From: Oscillibacter sp.
GTDB lineage: Bacteria; Bacillota; Clostridia; Oscillospirales; Oscillospiraceae
Length of the DNA: 64,000 nt
Reading direction: 5' to 3'
Assembly: GCF_028693505.1 (NCBI RefSeq)
Contig: NZ_JAQUVF010000011.1
Location: 832 to 64,831, forward strand
Shown: piece after piece, positions 1 through 9,797 of the stretch
Numbering within the stretch: the stretch's first letter is position 1
Layout of the letters: the number at the start of each line of letters is the position of its first letter
Made by a program: the position numbers and the translations under genes
Notes under the pieces: generated by a model
The model's input: only the letters and a program-made list of their open reading frames with translations
Databases searched by the model: none
Told to the model about the DNA's origin: nothing

Positions 1-1
1 C

Positions 2-616
2 GGCGCAAGGGAGACCTTCGGGCCGTACGAAGCCGTGGACCAGACCTTTTCCGGAACGGTGACGACGCGCCTTGCGGACCAAATCTCTCTCTACATCGTT
101 TTCCTTTCCCCGGACGGCACCCGACAAACCCAGCTGCTGGAGAGCTTTGAAGGGCTGCGCGCCGCCACGCTGCCGGAGGCGGAGGTGCTCAGTTACGGGC
201 ATCTGCTGGACCTGAAGGCGGATGAAACCGGCCGGGTGACGCTGCCGGAGCTTTTTCTCAGTGTCGGAAACGCCGCTTCCACCGCCGCCGTCAACGAGGC
301 GCTGGGCCAAGCAGAGCTTGCCACGGTGCGGGTGGGCCTTTTTCAAAACCAGACCCTCCTGCGGTGGCTGGAGCCCTGCGCCCAGCCGGGGAGCATCCAC
401 GGGGACTTCCCCCCGGCTGAGCAATTTTTTCGACTGGCGCAAACCGACGTCACCCTCACCGGTACGGATTCCATCTGCTTTGCCGCCGTGGTGACGGACA
501 CGTATGGCCGGGACGCGGTCTATAACGACATTCCCTACATTTTGCAAGACGGTGCCCTCACCTGGCCGGACAGCTCGGCGTTGGACCGGGATGCGGCCCA
601 CTGGACCTTCTCCTAG
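2..616 (+). CDS. Hypothetical protein, 5'-truncated by the window edge
   Basis: The reading frame is open from base 2 (GARETFGPYEAVDQT...) to TAG at 614-616 and is followed by a terminator hairpin. I recognise no domain. Confidence 0.7.
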   Translation, partial: GARETFGPYEAVDQTFSGTVTTRLADQISLYIVFLSPDGTRQTQLLESFEGLRAATLPEAEVLSYGHLLDLKADETGRVTLPELFLSVGNAASTAAVNEALGQAELATVRVGLFQNQTLLRWLEPCAQPGSIHGDFPPAEQFFRLAQTDVTLTGTDSICFAAVVTDTYGRDAVYNDIPYILQDGALTWPDSSALDRDAAHWTFS

Positions 617-623
617 CGCATAG

Positions 624-661
624 AAAACGCCGCCTGATGCATAAGCATCGGGCGGCGTTTT
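624..661. terminator. Bidirectional intrinsic terminator
   Basis: AAAACGCCGCC-tgatgcataagcatcg-GGCGGCGTTTT between convergent genes. Confidence 0.8.
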
Positions 662-665
662 GCGC

Positions 666-1241
666 TTATTTCAATTCGTCCAGCGTCAGGGAAAAGCTGT
701 CCATGAAGGTACTCAAAAAATAATCCACCTCCGGCAGGCCGTAGCTCTCCAGCGCCCGCCGGGTCTGGACAGCGGCCTCCCGAAACTCCGTGTTTCCCGC
801 CTTCAGCTCCTCCACGCACTTGATATAGGCGGAGAGCTTGTCCGCCGCCTTCACAAGACCGGCGATCTCGGCGTCCTGCATGGTGAGGATGGGGCGGTAC
901 ACCTCTCGCAGTTCCTTTGGCAGCAGCTCCGTGAGCTTTCGCTCCGCCACCGCCTCCACCTCCTTGTAGGCGCTGCGAATGGCGGGGTTATCGTACTTGA
1001 TGGGGGTGGGCATGTCGCCGGTGAGGATTTCCGACGCGTCGTGATACAGCGCCGCCACAGCTACTGCCCCGGGGTCCACCTGCCCGCCGAATTTTTCGTT
1101 GCGGATCACCGCCAGAGCGTGGGCCAATACCGCCGTCTGGTGGCTGTGCTCCTGCACGTTTTCCGGCGCCGTGTTGCGCATCAGCGACCAGCGCTGAATG
1201 AACCGCATGCGGGAAATATAGGCAAAAAAGTGGCTTTTCAT
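666..1241 (-). CDS. yfbR: 5'-deoxynucleotidase, HD superfamily (YfbR)
   Basis: MRFIQRWSLMRN, ENVQEHS, ALYHDASE..TGDMPTPIKY and KAADKLSAYIKC motifs. Confidence 0.9.
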   Translation of the reverse strand: MKSHFFAYISRMRFIQRWSLMRNTAPENVQEHSHQTAVLAHALAVIRNEKFGGQVDPGAVAVAALYHDASEILTGDMPTPIKYDNPAIRSAYKEVEAVAERKLTELLPKELREVYRPILTMQDAEIAGLVKAADKLSAYIKCVEELKAGNTEFREAAVQTRRALESYGLPEVDYFLSTFMDSFSLTLDELK

Positions 1242-1242
1242 A

Positions 1243-2532
1243 TCAGTCCTCCAAAAGTTCTCCCAGCAGGAGATGTCCGTTGCTTCCCGTGATGCGGACG
1301 GACTTCACCACATTGTGAAGCCCCTCGCCCACCACCGCCACCTCCATGTAATTGGGGGCGTGACCCACAAAGCGGCCGCTTCGCGGCTGCTCGAAGAGCA
1401 CGGCGCAAACCTCCCCCACGCAATCGGCAAGATACACCCGGTGCAGTGCGTCCGCCACCGCCGCCGCCCGGCGGGCACGGTCCTCCTTCACTGCCTTGGG
1501 GACCTGCTGCATCGCCGCGGCGGGCGTGCCGGGGCGGATGGAGTAGGGGAAAATGTGCATCTGGGCAAAGCCGCAGCGGAAAAGAAATTCCAGCGTCTGG
1601 GCAAACTCCTCCTCCGTCTCCTCCGGAAAGCCGGTGATGAGGTCCGTTGTGATGGCGGGATGGTGGAAAAACTCATTGAGCAGGTCCACCGAGCGCCCGT
1701 ATCGGGCGGTATCGTACTTGCGGTTCATCCGACGGAGGGTAGCGTCGCACCCGCTTTGCAGGGACAGATGGAACTGGGGGCAGAGATTCGGAAGGGCGGC
1801 GGCGCGGCGGCAGAACTCCTCCGTAATCGTGCGGGGCTCCAGACTGCCCAGCCGGACCCGCAGACGCGGCGCGGCGGCGCAGACGGCCTCCAGCAAGTCG
1901 ATGAGGGTCTCCTCCCCTGCAAGGTCCCGGCCCCAGGAGGAAATCTCGATGCCGGTGAGCACGATCTCCCGGTAGCCCTCCGCCTCCAGCGCGGCGGCCT
2001 GCGCCGCCGCCGTTTGAAGCGGGGCGGAGCGCACCGGCCCCCGGGCGTAGGGAATGATGCAGTAGGAGCAGAAATTGACGCAGCCGTCCTCCACCTTCAG
2101 CATGGCCCGGGTCCGCTCCGAAAGGCCCCCGGCGGGCAGCACCTCGAACGCCCGGCGCTCAAAGGGGCGGTCGATGGCCTCGATGCGGCGCTTTTCCGCG
2201 GCAGTTTGCTCCAGAAGGCTTACAAAGCCCTCCCGGTCGCCGGTCCCGGCGATCAAATCCACCTCCAGCGCCCGCACATCCTCCGCATGGGTCTGGGGAT
2301 AGCAGCCGCACACGGCCACCACGGCGTGGGGGTGCTGTTTTTTCACCCGGTGGATGGTCTGGCGGGATTTCTGGTCGCTCACCGCCGTGACGGAACACGT
2401 ATTCACCACGTAGGCGTCCGCCTCCGCCGTGAAGTCCACCACCTGATGGCCCCGGGCGCGAAGCGATTGCTCCATGGCCTGGGTCTCATATTGATTCACC
2501 TTGCATCCAAGGGTGTAAATTGCAACTTTCAT
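1243..2532 (-). CDS. mtaB: tRNA t6A37 methylthiotransferase (radical SAM)
   Basis: TLGCKVNQYE, NTCSVT, DGCVNFCSYC (CxxxCxxC) motifs and a C-terminal TRAM-like region. Start moved to MKVAIYT. Confidence 0.93.
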   Translation of the reverse strand: MKVAIYTLGCKVNQYETQAMEQSLRARGHQVVDFTAEADAYVVNTCSVTAVSDQKSRQTIHRVKKQHPHAVVAVCGCYPQTHAEDVRALEVDLIAGTGDREGFVSLLEQTAAEKRRIEAIDRPFERRAFEVLPAGGLSERTRAMLKVEDGCVNFCSYCIIPYARGPVRSAPLQTAAAQAAALEAEGYREIVLTGIEISSWGRDLAGEETLIDLLEAVCAAAPRLRVRLGSLEPRTITEEFCRRAAALPNLCPQFHLSLQSGCDATLRRMNRKYDTARYGRSVDLLNEFFHHPAITTDLITGFPEETEEEFAQTLEFLFRCGFAQMHIFPYSIRPGTPAAAMQQVPKAVKEDRARRAAAVADALHRVYLADCVGEVCAVLFEQPRSGRFVGHAPNYMEVAVVGEGLHNVVKSVRITGSNGHLLLGELLED

Positions 2533-2639
2533 GGTTTCTCCTTGCGCTTTTTGCAAATCCTCTATATAATAAACCGTATATGTTTGATTATACTTGGAAT
2601 TTCTCCATTCAGCAAGACCCAACCAAAGGAGTTATCGAT

Positions 2640-3773
2640 ATGATTTATCTGGATCATGCCGCCACCACCCCGGTCCCCCGGGCGGTGGCGGACGCTATGT
2701 ACGCCGTTTTGACGGAACAATTTGGAAACCCCAGCGCCCAGTACGCCATGGGGCTTCACATGAAAAATCAGGTTTCCGTGTGGCGCGAGACGGTGGCAAG
2801 GGCTTTGGACTGCCCGCCGGGGCAGCTCCATTTCACCTCCTGCGGCACGGAGGGCGACAACTGGGCGATTCAGGCCGCCCTGTGGCAAAACCGGCATTTG
2901 GGCCGCCACGTCGTCACCACGGCGGTAGAGCACAGCGCCGTGGGGCAGGCGTGCGCGTGGATGGAAAAGCAGGGCTGTGAGGTCAGCTATGTATCGCCGG
3001 AGGCAGACGGCGGGATTTCCGCAGAGAAGATTTTAAGCGCCGTCCGGCCGGACACGGCGCTTGTGAGCGTGATGCTGGTGAATAACGAGCTGGGCAGCGT
3101 CTACCCCGTCTCGGAGATTGCCCGTGGACTTCAGGAGAAAAACCCAAAAACGCTCCTCCACACCGACGCGGTGCAGGGCTTTTTGAAGGTAAACTGCTCC
3201 GCCCGGGCGCTGGGCGCGGATTTTGTCACCGTCTCGGCCCACAAAATCGGCGGGCCCAAGGGCATTGGCGCTTTGTATATCAGTCCCCGGGTGCGCAATC
3301 CCCGCCCCCTGCTGCCCGGTGGCGGGCAGGAGGGCGGTCTCCGCTCCGGCACGGAGGCCACCGCCCAGATCGCGGGCTTTGCCAAGGCCGTGGAGCTGCG
3401 CACGGAAAATCTTGCCCAAAAGCTCGCCCACATGGCGGCCATCAAGGCCTACGCCGTGGAGCAGCTCTGTGCCATTGACGATCTTACCATCATTGGCAGC
3501 GGCACTGCCCCCCACATTCTGGCGGTCTCTCTGGTGGGCTGGCCCAGCCAGAACATCGTCAACGACCTCTCCGAACAGGGGATCTGCATTTCCGCCGGTT
3601 CCGCCTGTCATCAGGGCAAGCCCAGTCACGTGGTGGCGGCATTAAAGCTGCCCAAGCGGACCGCCGGAGGCGTCATTCGCCTGAGCTTTGGCCCGGAGAC
3701 CACCCAAGCGGACATCGACGCCTGCGCCGCCGCGCTGCGCCGCCATCACGACACGCGCCTGCCCATGCTGTAA
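2640..3773 (+). CDS. iscS: Cysteine desulfurase (IscS/NifS family)
   Basis: YLDHAATT, HTDAVQG, SAHKIGGPKGIG (PLP lysine) and SAGSAC motifs; AAAGGAG RBS before ATG 2640. Confidence 0.9.
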   Translation: MIYLDHAATTPVPRAVADAMYAVLTEQFGNPSAQYAMGLHMKNQVSVWRETVARALDCPPGQLHFTSCGTEGDNWAIQAALWQNRHLGRHVVTTAVEHSAVGQACAWMEKQGCEVSYVSPEADGGISAEKILSAVRPDTALVSVMLVNNELGSVYPVSEIARGLQEKNPKTLLHTDAVQGFLKVNCSARALGADFVTVSAHKIGGPKGIGALYISPRVRNPRPLLPGGGQEGGLRSGTEATAQIAGFAKAVELRTENLAQKLAHMAAIKAYAVEQLCAIDDLTIIGSGTAPHILAVSLVGWPSQNIVNDLSEQGICISAGSACHQGKPSHVVAALKLPKRTAGGVIRLSFGPETTQADIDACAAALRRHHDTRLPML

Positions 3774-3839
3774 TCTTCAGGGGCTTTTTCGCGCAGGTCC
3801 CGGCACTCCCATTTTACACGAAAGACAACGAGGTTTTTT

Positions 3840-5228
3840 ATGCTGCAAACGCTGCGCCGGGAGCCCGGCTTTTATAAACGGCTCTGGAAGCTCTCCCTGC
3901 CCATGATCCTGCAAAATCTCATCACCTTTTCTCTGGGCCTCATCGACACCTTCATGGTCAGTCAGCTGGGCAATCAGGAGATGGCCGCCGTCACCACCGC
4001 CAATGTGCCGGTGTTTTTGCTCATCAGCATCGTTTTCGGCGTGCAGAGCGGGCTGGGGATTCTGGCAAGCCAATACTGGGGCAAGGGAGACACCAAAAGC
4101 ATCAGCCGCGCTCTGGGCGTGGCGTCCTTTTTGGGCACCGTCATCACGGTGGTGCTGGCGGTGGTGTTCTTTCTCTTTCCGGTTTCCGTGATGGACCTTC
4201 TTTCCAACAAACACGCTCTTTCCCTGCTGGGCGCGCCCTATCTGCGGGTAATCGGCTTTTCCTACGTGTTCAACATGCTCTCTTCCGCCTATGTGAGCGT
4301 GCAGCGCAGCGTGGAGAACGCCTCCTTCGGCATGAAGCTCTTCGGCTTTTCCACGCTTTTGAACACGGGGCTGAACTATCTTTTGATCTTCGGCCACGGC
4401 GGCTTTCCCGCCATGGGCGTTGGTGGTGCGGCCATTGCCACGCTCCTCGCCCGGGTGTGCGAGTTTTTGATCTGCGTGGTGTGCGCCCTTCGCAGCAAGA
4501 CCGTCCCGCTGGACCTTGCCTGCTTTTTCCGCCCCGGCACGGACATGGCGCGCCGCTTTGTGAAATACGCCTCCCCCGTGGTCCTCAACGAGGCCGCCTG
4601 GGGCCTTGGCAACTCCCTGCTGACGGTGATTTTGGGCTACACGGAAAACTCCGTTGCAATGCTGGCCGCCAACGCCGTGATGGGAAATCTCAGCCGATTG
4701 TTTTTGGTGGTGTGCTTTGGCCTTGGCGCCGCCACGGCGGTGATCGTGGGCAAAGCCATCGGAGAGGGCAAGAGCCACGCGCAGGTGACGGACCTGAGCC
4801 GCGCACTGCTGCATTTCGGCGTTCTGGTGGGCGGCGGCGTGGCGATTGTCTCCCTTTTACTGGTGCCGCTGGTCTTTGTGCCGGTGATCTTCCCCCTGTT
4901 CAAGCTCTTCGGGGAATCCGCCGCCATTGCCACCGCGCTGGCTGTAACGGGCTTTGCCGCCATCCCGCTTCACGCCTACGCCATCTCCTCCGTCACTGGC
5001 GTTTTGCGCGCCGGCGGGGACGTGGCCTGGGGCACCGCGCTGGACCTTGGTCCCCAGTGGCTTTTGTGCCTGCCGCTGACGGCGCTGGCCGCGCTGGTTT
5101 TGAAAACCGGGTACTGGCCCATCTGCATCGCCATTCAGGTGGAATCGATCGTGAAGGTCCCCCTTTGCATGTGGCGCATCAACAAGGGCAAGTGGATCAA
5201 CGACGTGACACGGGGGCATGACGCATGA
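3840..5228 (+). CDS. MATE family efflux transporter
   Basis: LSLPMILQN..DTFMVSQLG, PAMGVGGAAIAT and GVLRAGGD motifs; about 12 TM segments. Confidence 0.92.
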   Translation: MLQTLRREPGFYKRLWKLSLPMILQNLITFSLGLIDTFMVSQLGNQEMAAVTTANVPVFLLISIVFGVQSGLGILASQYWGKGDTKSISRALGVASFLGTVITVVLAVVFFLFPVSVMDLLSNKHALSLLGAPYLRVIGFSYVFNMLSSAYVSVQRSVENASFGMKLFGFSTLLNTGLNYLLIFGHGGFPAMGVGGAAIATLLARVCEFLICVVCALRSKTVPLDLACFFRPGTDMARRFVKYASPVVLNEAAWGLGNSLLTVILGYTENSVAMLAANAVMGNLSRLFLVVCFGLGAATAVIVGKAIGEGKSHAQVTDLSRALLHFGVLVGGGVAIVSLLLVPLVFVPVIFPLFKLFGESAAIATALAVTGFAAIPLHAYAISSVTGVLRAGGDVAWGTALDLGPQWLLCLPLTALAALVLKTGYWPICIAIQVESIVKVPLCMWRINKGKWINDVTRGHDA

Positions 5229-6046
5229 GTCTTTTCCGCTGCCCCGTCTGCAAGGAGCCGCTTTGCCGGGAAGCGGGCGTCTACCGCTGCGCCGATGGGC
5301 ACAGCTTCGACATCGCGAAGGAGGGCTACACCTACCTTCTGCCGCCCAACCAAAAGCACTCCGCCGCCCCGGGCGACGACAAGGGCATGGCCGCTGCCCG
5401 GCGGGAATTTCTCTCCAAAGGGTATTATGAACCGCTTTTGCATACGCTTTGTAGCTGTTTTTTGTCGCATTCCGGGGATTCCCCGGTGATTTTGGACACC
5501 GGCTGCGGCGAGGGGTACTATACCGCGGGCGTCTATCAGGCGCTTTGTGCCGCGGGAAAGGCGCCCCGGATGGCGGGCATCGACATCTCCAAGTCCATCC
5601 TGCGCTACGCCGCCCGGCGGGAGCGGGCCATCGAATTTGCCGTGGCCTCATCCTACCATCTGCCGCTTGCCGACGGCAGCGTGGACTTGCTGCTCAACTG
5701 CTTTTCCCCGCTGGCGCTGGAGGAGTTTCGCCGGGTCCTGCGCCCGGGCGGCACGTTCTTTTATGTGGTTCCGGCGGCGGATCACCTGTGGGAGCTCAAG
5801 CAGGTGCTTTACGAGAAGCCCTATCCCAACGAGGAGAAGGAGACGCCTTACGAGGGATTTACCTACGAGGCGGTGATTCCGGTGGAGGAAACCGTCACGC
5901 TGGCCACCCAGTCGGACATCCACGCCCTGTTCCAGATGACACCCTATTACTGGAAAACCCCCAAGGCAGGGGCGGAGCGCCTTTTGGCGCTGGACACGCT
6001 TAAGTGCCGCATCTCCTTCCGCATCCACGTTTTTCACAGGGATTGA
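5225..6046 (+). CDS. rlmA: 23S rRNA m1G745/748 methyltransferase (RlmA-like)
   Basis: N-terminal CPVC..C..H zinc motif, SFDIAKEGY, LDTGCGEGYY and MTPYYW. ATGA overlap with the MATE gene. Confidence 0.88.
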   Translation: MSLFRCPVCKEPLCREAGVYRCADGHSFDIAKEGYTYLLPPNQKHSAAPGDDKGMAAARREFLSKGYYEPLLHTLCSCFLSHSGDSPVILDTGCGEGYYTAGVYQALCAAGKAPRMAGIDISKSILRYAARRERAIEFAVASSYHLPLADGSVDLLLNCFSPLALEEFRRVLRPGGTFFYVVPAADHLWELKQVLYEKPYPNEEKETPYEGFTYEAVIPVEETVTLATQSDIHALFQMTPYYWKTPKAGAERLLALDTLKCRISFRIHVFHRD

Positions 6047-6088
6047 AAAAAGCACACCCGCTTCCTTTGGAAAGTGGGTGTGCTTTTT
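6047..6088. terminator. Bidirectional intrinsic terminator
   Basis: AAAAAGCACACCCGCTTCC-ttt-GGAAAGTGGGTGTGCTTTTT between convergent genes. Confidence 0.8.
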
Positions 6089-6126
6089 GATTCTCTTTTC
6101 TCGCGCAGCGTTGGCTTCCAAGCCGG

Positions 6127-7062
6127 TCAGGGCTTCGGCGCGCCGTCCTCCGGGCCCTTGCCATGGCGGTGGAAGATGCCGGGCAGGTGCAGCTTCCGCC
6201 GGCGCACCACCCGCACCGTCACCGCGATCACCCCTGCCAGCACCAGCAGATACATCCAGCCATACGCGATGCCCACCGCGAGAGACTCCAGTCCGGAGAC
6301 GAACGCCCGCCAGCCGTCTGTAAAGGAGGCCGCCATGCGGCTTGCAAAGCTGGTGGGAGCCTGGGGTACGTTGGAAAGCTGATATACTTCACTGAGGGAA
6401 ATGTTCACCGTGGCGTAGTCCACCTGCGCGTCGTAATGCTGGAGGGTGCCGGAGAGGTCGTCGATGGCCTGCTCCGTCTCCGAGACGGCGGATTCGATGG
6501 TGATGATATCCTCCATCTTCTCTGCCCGCTTCAAAAGCTCCTGCAAGCGCTCCAGCTTGATCTGCTGTGTCTTGAGCCGTCCGGCGGTATCGTAATAGGC
6601 TTCACTCACGTCCTCCTGACTGGTGCTGCGCCAAATTTCGTGGCAAAGCGCCCCCGCCTGATTCAAAAAGTCCTCGTACCGCTCCGCCGGCACCCGGACC
6701 ACATAGTTCGCCCAGCGGTAGTTGCTGCCCCGGTCGCCCACGCTGCCGGACTCATAGTAGCCGCCCAGCTGCTTCGTCAGATCCGAGAGGCCCTGCACGG
6801 CCTCGTCGAAGGCGGTGGTCTCCAGCTCCAGCTCCGCCCGGCGGATTAGCTTTTGCTCCCCGGCGCGGTCCGTCCCCGCCTGAGATTCCTCGTATGCAAC
6901 GCCCCCGCCGTACTCCGCCCCATTGGGTTCGGCAGGCGCCTCCGCGGCGGCAGTGTCGCTGGTCATCATACTCATCCCAGACATGCTGCTTTTGCTGCCG
7001 CAGGCCGTCAATCCCAGCAGCATCAGCGCCGCCAGTCCCCCCGCAAGCCATTTCTTTTTCAT
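6127..7062 (-). CDS. DUF4349 domain lipoprotein
   Basis: Lipobox LTAC, KLIRRAELELET, EDVSEAYYD, coiled coil and a C-terminal TM helix. Confidence 0.85.
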   Translation of the reverse strand: MKKKWLAGGLAALMLLGLTACGSKSSMSGMSMMTSDTAAAEAPAEPNGAEYGGGVAYEESQAGTDRAGEQKLIRRAELELETTAFDEAVQGLSDLTKQLGGYYESGSVGDRGSNYRWANYVVRVPAERYEDFLNQAGALCHEIWRSTSQEDVSEAYYDTAGRLKTQQIKLERLQELLKRAEKMEDIITIESAVSETEQAIDDLSGTLQHYDAQVDYATVNISLSEVYQLSNVPQAPTSFASRMAASFTDGWRAFVSGLESLAVGIAYGWMYLLVLAGVIAVTVRVVRRRKLHLPGIFHRHGKGPEDGAPKP

Positions 7063-7271
7063 CCTTCCAGCCTCCCTTTCTGTGGTTGTGTCGCGCCACT
7101 GCCCGGCTTTTGCTCTTTTAGACGGAGACGCTTTCAAATAGTTCCCTCTTTTTTCCACATTGAACGGGGAAAGCGTTTTACGTACCTTGCCTTTTTTTCC
7201 GGAGTGCGCTACAATGAAACAGACCCAATCCGCCATAAGCGGATCGAAATTTAACTTTTCGGAGGGAAACG

Positions 7272-8294
7272 ATGATGACCTATCAGGAAATTCTGGAAAA
7301 TGCCCGTACCTGTATGGGCCCCTATTGTAAATCTTGCCCGGTATGCAACGGCCTTGCCTGCCGCAACACGGTTCCCGGCCCCGGCGCCAAGGGGATCGGG
7401 ACCGGCTTTATTCGCAACTATCAAAAGTGGCAGGAGCTGTGCGTCAACATGGACACCATCTGTGAAAACAAGATTGTGGACACCTCGTTCACGCTGTTTG
7501 GTCAGAAGGCGGCGCTGCCGGTGTTTGTCGCGCCTGTGGGCGCACTGACGCTGCACTACGGCGACAAGCTGAGCGATCTTCAATACAACGACATTCTGGT
7601 CCCCGCCTGCGCGGACGCCGGCATTGCCGCCTTCACCGGCGACGGCACCAATCCCGCCGTGATGGAGGGGGCCGTCGGGGCGCTGAAACGGTCCGGCGGC
7701 TGCGGCGTTCCCACCGTCAAGCCGTGGAACATGGAGGCTGTGCGGGAGAAGCTGGAGCTTGTGAAAACCGCCGATCCCTTTGCCATCGCCATGGATATCG
7801 ACGCGGCGGGCCTGCCCTTCCTGAAAAACATGACGCCGCCCGCCGGCAGCAAAACCGTGGACGAGCTGCGCCAGATCGTGGAGTGGGCGGAAAAGCCCTT
7901 CCTGCTCAAGGGCATCATGACGGTGCAGGGCGCGAAAAAGGCGCTGGAAGCCGGGGCCAGCGGCATTGTGGTCTCCAACCACGGCGGCCGCGTGCTGGAC
8001 CAGTGCCCCGCCACGGCGGATGTCCTGCCCGCCATTGTGGACGCCGTGGGCGGTCGGATGACCGTTCTGGTGGACGGCGGCATCCGCACCGGTATGGACG
8101 TTTTCAAGGCGCTGGCACTGGGAGCCGACGCGGTTTTGATCGGCCGTCCCTTCGTGAACATGGTTTACGGCGGCGGCGCGGAGGGCGTGAAGGTGCTGGT
8201 GGAAAAGCTGAAGAGCGAATTGGCCGACACCATGGCCATGTGCGGTGCCCACACGCTATCGGAGATCAAGCGCTCCATGCTCTACGGATTCTAA
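7272..8294 (+). CDS. FMN-dependent alpha-hydroxy-acid dehydrogenase/oxidase
   Basis: LKGI, VVSNHGGRVLD and VDGGIRTGMDVFKALALGADAVLIGRP motifs. Confidence 0.92.
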   Translation: MMTYQEILENARTCMGPYCKSCPVCNGLACRNTVPGPGAKGIGTGFIRNYQKWQELCVNMDTICENKIVDTSFTLFGQKAALPVFVAPVGALTLHYGDKLSDLQYNDILVPACADAGIAAFTGDGTNPAVMEGAVGALKRSGGCGVPTVKPWNMEAVREKLELVKTADPFAIAMDIDAAGLPFLKNMTPPAGSKTVDELRQIVEWAEKPFLLKGIMTVQGAKKALEAGASGIVVSNHGGRVLDQCPATADVLPAIVDAVGGRMTVLVDGGIRTGMDVFKALALGADAVLIGRPFVNMVYGGGAEGVKVLVEKLKSELADTMAMCGAHTLSEIKRSMLYGF

Positions 8295-8315
8295 GTACAT
8301 AGAAAAGATGTTTAC

Positions 8316-8350
8316 AGGGCATCACCGCTTTCAAAAAGCGGTGATGCCCT
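8316..8350. terminator. Terminator-like perfect hairpin
   Basis: AGGGCATCACCGCTTT-caa-AAAGCGGTGATGCCCT between convergent genes. Confidence 0.75.
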
Positions 8351-8373
8351 TACTTGTTCTTATTCTCTAACCA

Positions 8374-8823
8374 TCAGCCCTTTTCATTCCAAACATGGGC
8401 TAAAATATCCTTTAGCACCAGACAGGCATCCACATCGCTGTAACCGTAGTCCCGCTTTAGATCATTGAGCAGTTTTTTCAGTTCAACGGCATACTTGTTT
8501 ATCGCTACTTCCTTTTGATAGGTGGATAAAATCGGATATTTTTTACTCCAAACCGTTGTCCAATTCACTCTTTTTTGTACTTCTTCGCTTGTGTTTTCAA
8601 TGGCTTGCTCGATTCTTTTTAATTCCACATCAAATGCAACCAGTTCATCCAACGTGAGGTGATACAAAAGAGCAAGCTTTTGGGATTGGTGTATATCAGG
8701 AGCCGTTTCATCCGTTTCCCATTTTGAAATGGTTTGTCTGCTGACGCCTAATTTCTCGGCAACTTCTTCCTGCGAGAGTCCGCTCTTTTTTCTTGCGTTA
8801 CATAAGCTGTTTCCCAAATTCAT
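8374..8823 (-). CDS. XRE-family HTH transcriptional regulator (AT-rich gene)
   Basis: RKKSGLSQEEVAEKLGVSRQTISKWE HTH_3 motif; GGGGG RBS upstream of ATG 8823. Confidence 0.88.
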   Translation of the reverse strand: MNLGNSLCNARKKSGLSQEEVAEKLGVSRQTISKWETDETAPDIHQSQKLALLYHLTLDELVAFDVELKRIEQAIENTSEEVQKRVNWTTVWSKKYPILSTYQKEVAINKYAVELKKLLNDLKRDYGYSDVDACLVLKDILAHVWNEKG

Positions 8824-8932
8824 CAACACTACCCCCCTTGTAAAAAGTACAGAATCAGTATAGCAATCCATAAAGCGGGAGTCCATCCATTCGATTTAAC
8901 ATTTTCGCACGTTTTCTTTCCGCCCTCACCGC

Positions 8933-9679
8933 TCAAAATACGCACAGCGCGGAAAAGCACGTGCCGTCGTTTCCAAGGCCCTCCATGCGGTATTCCGCCC
9001 CCTCGCGCCGCCCCAGAAGCCGCAGCTGCTCTCCCAGCGTCGCTTCCTTGCTGTAATTGATATAGAACTCCCGGGGCGTCTGCTCTTGCAGCGCGTCGGG
9101 CAGCGCGTCCCACACGATGTCGCCGTATCTGCCGCTGTACAGATGCCCGTTTCCGTCCAGATCGGACCACCGGACGGGGCGAAAGCCCAGCTCCTCCGCC
9201 CCCTCTTGGGGCAGGAAAAGCTTTCGAGGCTCCGGGCAGTCGATTTCCTTGGGGCACACCGTCAGAGATTTTGCCGTGAAGGACGCGGGACGCAGGATTT
9301 TCCGGGTCTTAGGGTCCACCAGAATCCAATCGCTCTTTGCGCTCACGCACACGGCGCCGGTTTGATCGGCCATCTCAAACACCCGCTGCATATGGGCGCC
9401 CCGGGTCCCGTTTTCCCACGTCGTGATGTCCAGCACCTCCCCGGCGCAGGGACACCTGTGCATGCGCAGGGCAACGCGGGAGAGGAGAAAAATCTCCCCC
9501 AGCGTGTACAAATAGTCATGGGTCAGGCCCCGGGCGTCGTAGTCATATCCCGCATACGCCCCCACCTTGCTCAAAAGCGCCGCAACGCGCGCCCGCTGAT
9601 TGCGGTCACAATCGGCAAACACCAGCTCCTCCTGCCGAAAATAGCTGTTTTCCGTCAAACACTGTTTAAAATCCTTCAC
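8933..9679 (-). CDS. Acyl-ACP thioesterase (FatA/FatM-like, double hotdog)
   Basis: FADCD, ITTWENG and VRWSDLDGNGHL motifs; GTG start. Confidence 0.85.
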   Translation of the reverse strand: MKDFKQCLTENSYFRQEELVFADCDRNQRARVAALLSKVGAYAGYDYDARGLTHDYLYTLGEIFLLSRVALRMHRCPCAGEVLDITTWENGTRGAHMQRVFEMADQTGAVCVSAKSDWILVDPKTRKILRPASFTAKSLTVCPKEIDCPEPRKLFLPQEGAEELGFRPVRWSDLDGNGHLYSGRYGDIVWDALPDALQEQTPREFYINYSKEATLGEQLRLLGRREGAEYRMEGLGNDGTCFSALCVF

Positions 9680-9797
9680 GCTTTGATGCCCCTTCTGTGA
9701 GATTTACCAGATAGTATACCATATTTTCTCTTTTTTCACAAGGTGGGCCGGTGGACTTTTGCGCCCGCCGCCGACGCCCGGTCATTTACAAAGAAAA

